Source: Antedon mediterranea (taxonomy: Eukaryota > Animalia > Echinodermata). From it: a DNA stretch of 64,000 bases. The stretch's first letter is position 1. Each line of letters opens with the position of its first letter. Location: NCBI RefSeq assembly GCF_964355755.1, contig NC_092675.1:4893812-4957811 (forward strand), given 5' to 3'. The translations under genes and the position numbers were made by a program. This document shows, in pieces, positions 61,201 to 64,000 of this stretch. A model generated the notes under the pieces. It was not told the DNA's origin. It did not search any database and was given only the letters and a program-made list of their open reading frames with translations.

Positions 61201-61342
61201 TCCACAAAACGACTTGAATCATGATTACTTTCTACTTGAGAAGGACGGTAACGAAACGGAGGAGGTTCCTGAACCTGTTGCACAGGATACTGGCATTCAC
61301 AAGGCTGTTGACAACATAACAGGATCGATACAAAATAGTTAA
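58203..61342 (+). CDS. Receptor R4: type I membrane protein with C-type-lectin-like domain and long ITAM/ITIM/SH3-ligand tail (~524 aa)
   Basis: Exons 58203-58327 (signal peptide MYWHRIVLVVIFGLLIKRVSS...TCW), 58796-58830, 59119-59481 (FCYDL...KC...PTIH.E.E...SCAVV...W...EC...TVCKR), 59590-59741 (stalk, TM IIIIVAVSANFLIMIVVAFLVSFLL-KR), 60084-60129 and 60489-61342 (RPLPRVP, SHYMYL-x9-YHSI, SNYMPL, YSEL, YYVL, YRSV, YFLL). Phases 2/1/1/0/1. Confidence 0.8.
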
Positions 61343-62508
61343 ATAAGCAGTTTGCGAATAGAGGGCGTATGGATCAAGAATTCTCTCTAATGAACTAATG
61401 TTAATAATAATATATATGTTTATAATCTTAAAAAAAAAATGCAATGTCATAATAATATGAACTTGACTATAGTGATATGGCGGATGTGATTTGTAATTTA
61501 AATTAAAAAAAATTGTTGAGGTTGGCAATCTTAAGGATACATTTTTAATCTTCATCAACCTGGATTCCGATTTAAAAAAAATTTAATTAAAAAAAATTAT
61601 TCCCCTATTCTAACGATTATAGTACAGTATGAAATTGTATTCGTCTTCAAAAAAATATAAACATAATGCTTGTTTATAGGCCTACAGCAATTTATAATTA
61701 AAAAGATAATGTACGTACCGGTACATCAGCAAACAAAAGCGACACATATAATAATATTTTCAGTAACACTGTTAAAATATATTAACATACTAATTTACTT
61801 TCAACACTAGTTGTTCCATACATACATACATACTTACTACATACATAGTTAAATTGTACAAATGCCATTTCTGTGTTTTATGTATATAACTTACCTTGTA
61901 AAAAAGTAATGATACTATATGTAAATATATCTACAATTTAATTCAAGTAAAAAGGTAAAAATGAAATGCTGCTGCATTCATTCAAGTGCCTCGTTTGTTT
62001 ATTAAAGTAATGAAAGAAAATTTTATTTGATAGTCATTTTTTGTTGTAATGTTTATTACTCAATGCTCTATATTAAACATAAACGTATTATGACCACAAA
62101 CGTTTAGAAAAATCGGCGACGTGGTTTCCGTATTATATGCATATATTATATGAGCCAAGGACAATGTAAGTTATTCTAACGGAAATGTTTGACTGTTTAG
62201 TTTTTTTCTCTTTTGTGGCGTTAACCACTACTTTTATTTATTTCATTTTCAAATGATCAAAACAATGATTTTATACATCTTCGTAATTTATATATTCCAA
62301 TGTTATTCTTTCCTCAATTATTTTATTATATTTTCTTTCTTATTGTTTAGTTGTCAGCGGACTAGGCAAAACTATTTTGACATTCTACAATTATCAAAAA
62401 AAAAAAAATCATTTACATTAAATTATTTCATTGTATTTCTGTATTCATTTTAATTTGTTTAACTCAAAGCTGATCATGGATTATCTGACGTATCGACAAA
62501 ATAATACA

Positions 62509-62890
62509 CGAGTGAGTGGTGGCCAAGCGGTGAGTGAGTGGTGGCCGGGTGGTTAAGACAGTGGAACCGTAATTACGTAGCCATAACATCGGCAAGGGTT
62601 CGAGGCTCATTCGCTCCATGGTTCTGGTGGTAGAACAAGACTTAAGTCTTCTCGGATAATGACATGAACTGTAGGTCCAGTGTACACATAGCTCATGTGC
62701 ACTTTAAAGAACCTAGTACATCTTTCGAGACGAGCAGGGGGTTACCCGGTGTACTAGTCCACACAAACACAGCCACTGTCGCACACAGCCACTGTGTAAT
62801 TGGGACTGGACCGTTTTATAGGTGTTTACCATGCTGTTGGTCCAGATCCTCCACTAACAGAGTTAGTGAGAAGTTGAATAAATAAATAAA
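62509..62890 (+). mobile_element. tRNA-headed SINE with Deu/Nin-type central domain
   Basis: A box tggccgggtgg (5' end locally duplicated) and B box ggttcgaggct. Core gtaggtccagtgtac...gcactttaaagaacc...tttcgagacgagcagggggttacccggtgt resembles the recalled Deu domain. Ends in an (aata)n tail. Confidence 0.78.
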
Positions 62891-64000
62891 TTAAAAACAA
62901 ATCGAAATGCATTATAATTTATTATATAATAATCATATTTATATGGCTATATTATACTAATACACCATTCAGCACACCGTACAACAAGTATATGAGGAAA
63001 AGTGAAAAGTTAAGAGCCATTGTCTGTAAAAATCAAAGATTTGGTGGCAGATGTAAAAAAATGGATTTCTCTCAAATTTTTACCATGAATAGACATTTCA
63101 ATAAAAAGCATATCTACAACATTCATTTTAATTTTTAGCCTCCGTTGCCATGACAACGGTCAATTATCCAAATTTTGATGTTTTTGCCATTTTTCACAGA
63201 TTTTCTATAGTGAAAAAGTACAAACTTGTATACTTATTTTAACCAAAATTACTTACAGTATACAGTTTTAGTTTATAGCAGTGTAATCAACATGTATTGA
63301 GTTCCATTTAATGTAGAAAAAAAATAAATTACAAAATGGAGTTTGGTTGATACCATTATTTTAAAAAGGGGTGTTTTAAAAAATATTTTTTTTATAAAAG
63401 TATACCTCATAAACGTACCTATAACTTCCAAAGTGGTGTTTTTAAATCAATGAGGTTTTTTAATTTGATAGTCAATAGGTTTGTCAACAATAATAACGAA
63501 AAAAACACTGGGGTAAATTTCGTACATAGGTTTTGTGTTGCCAGGAAAATACGAAAAATACAAAAAATATAACAAAATATCAACAAACAAAACACATGAA
63601 ATACAATTTAAATATGGCTAATCCAATAATAAAATGTATATGTGGCTTGTCATAATGCTACTAGAGTCATACGAATAGTTTAGATAAAATAGGAGAATGT
63701 GTTGCCAGGTTTATTTCAATTAATTGCCAGAAAAACAGTATTTTGCATTGAAATATTTAGTTGATGGAAAATAATGTTAAACTTGGAAATAATTGCGTCA
63801 ATGGTTTTTATAAATTTTTTAATCTATTTTGTGTAAAGAGATACAGAAAGACCTCCCAAAAAATCTGACCTTGTAAATAGGTCATTTGAGGTCAAAAGGG
63901 GTCAGAATGCAAAACAGGACAGGTCCCCACTTTACTACACCTATTAATGTTTGATCAAAATTTACAAGATAGTTCATAACAATTCTCAACAATTTTCATA

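Noticed and set aside
62664-62885. 73-aa ORF
   Set aside because: It lies wholly within the Deu-domain SINE.
62950-64000. Possible non-autonomous DNA transposon (ccgttgccatgacaacgg palindrome, repeat-like texture)
   Set aside because: No terminal repeat pair or TSD can be defined within the window.

Overview
AT-rich, intron-containing animal genomic DNA. It is probably an invertebrate deuterostome such as an echinoderm; this is inferred from the Deu-domain SINEs, a TU/Foldback-type element, the intronless TRIM-NHL and the orphan GPCRs. I assembled spliced gene models by hand from splice sites and reading frame. In order they are: two tandem ninjurin-like genes flanking a class A GPCR with a single in-frame stop, a METTL27-like methyltransferase, an intronless TRIM-NHL E3 ligase, a 15-PGDH/HPGD-like SDR with one GC-AG intron, and an intact orphan GPCR. 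The main observation is an unannotated-looking immunoreceptor-type cluster at about 18.9-61.3 kb. It holds four highly diverged type I receptors with a shared exon plan: signal peptide, short exon, C-type-lectin-like exon, mucin stalk plus TM, and a Tyr-motif-rich tail with ITAM/ITIM-like motifs. It also holds two genes built like vertebrate transmembrane adaptor proteins (LAT/PAG/TRAT1 type): tiny ectodomain, one TM and an acidic multi-YxxI/L/V/M tail. Introns and intergenic DNA carry Harbinger-type MITEs, Helentron-associated elements, SINEs, tRNA-like cassettes and minisatellites. All gene models are manual predictions with no transcript or database support.
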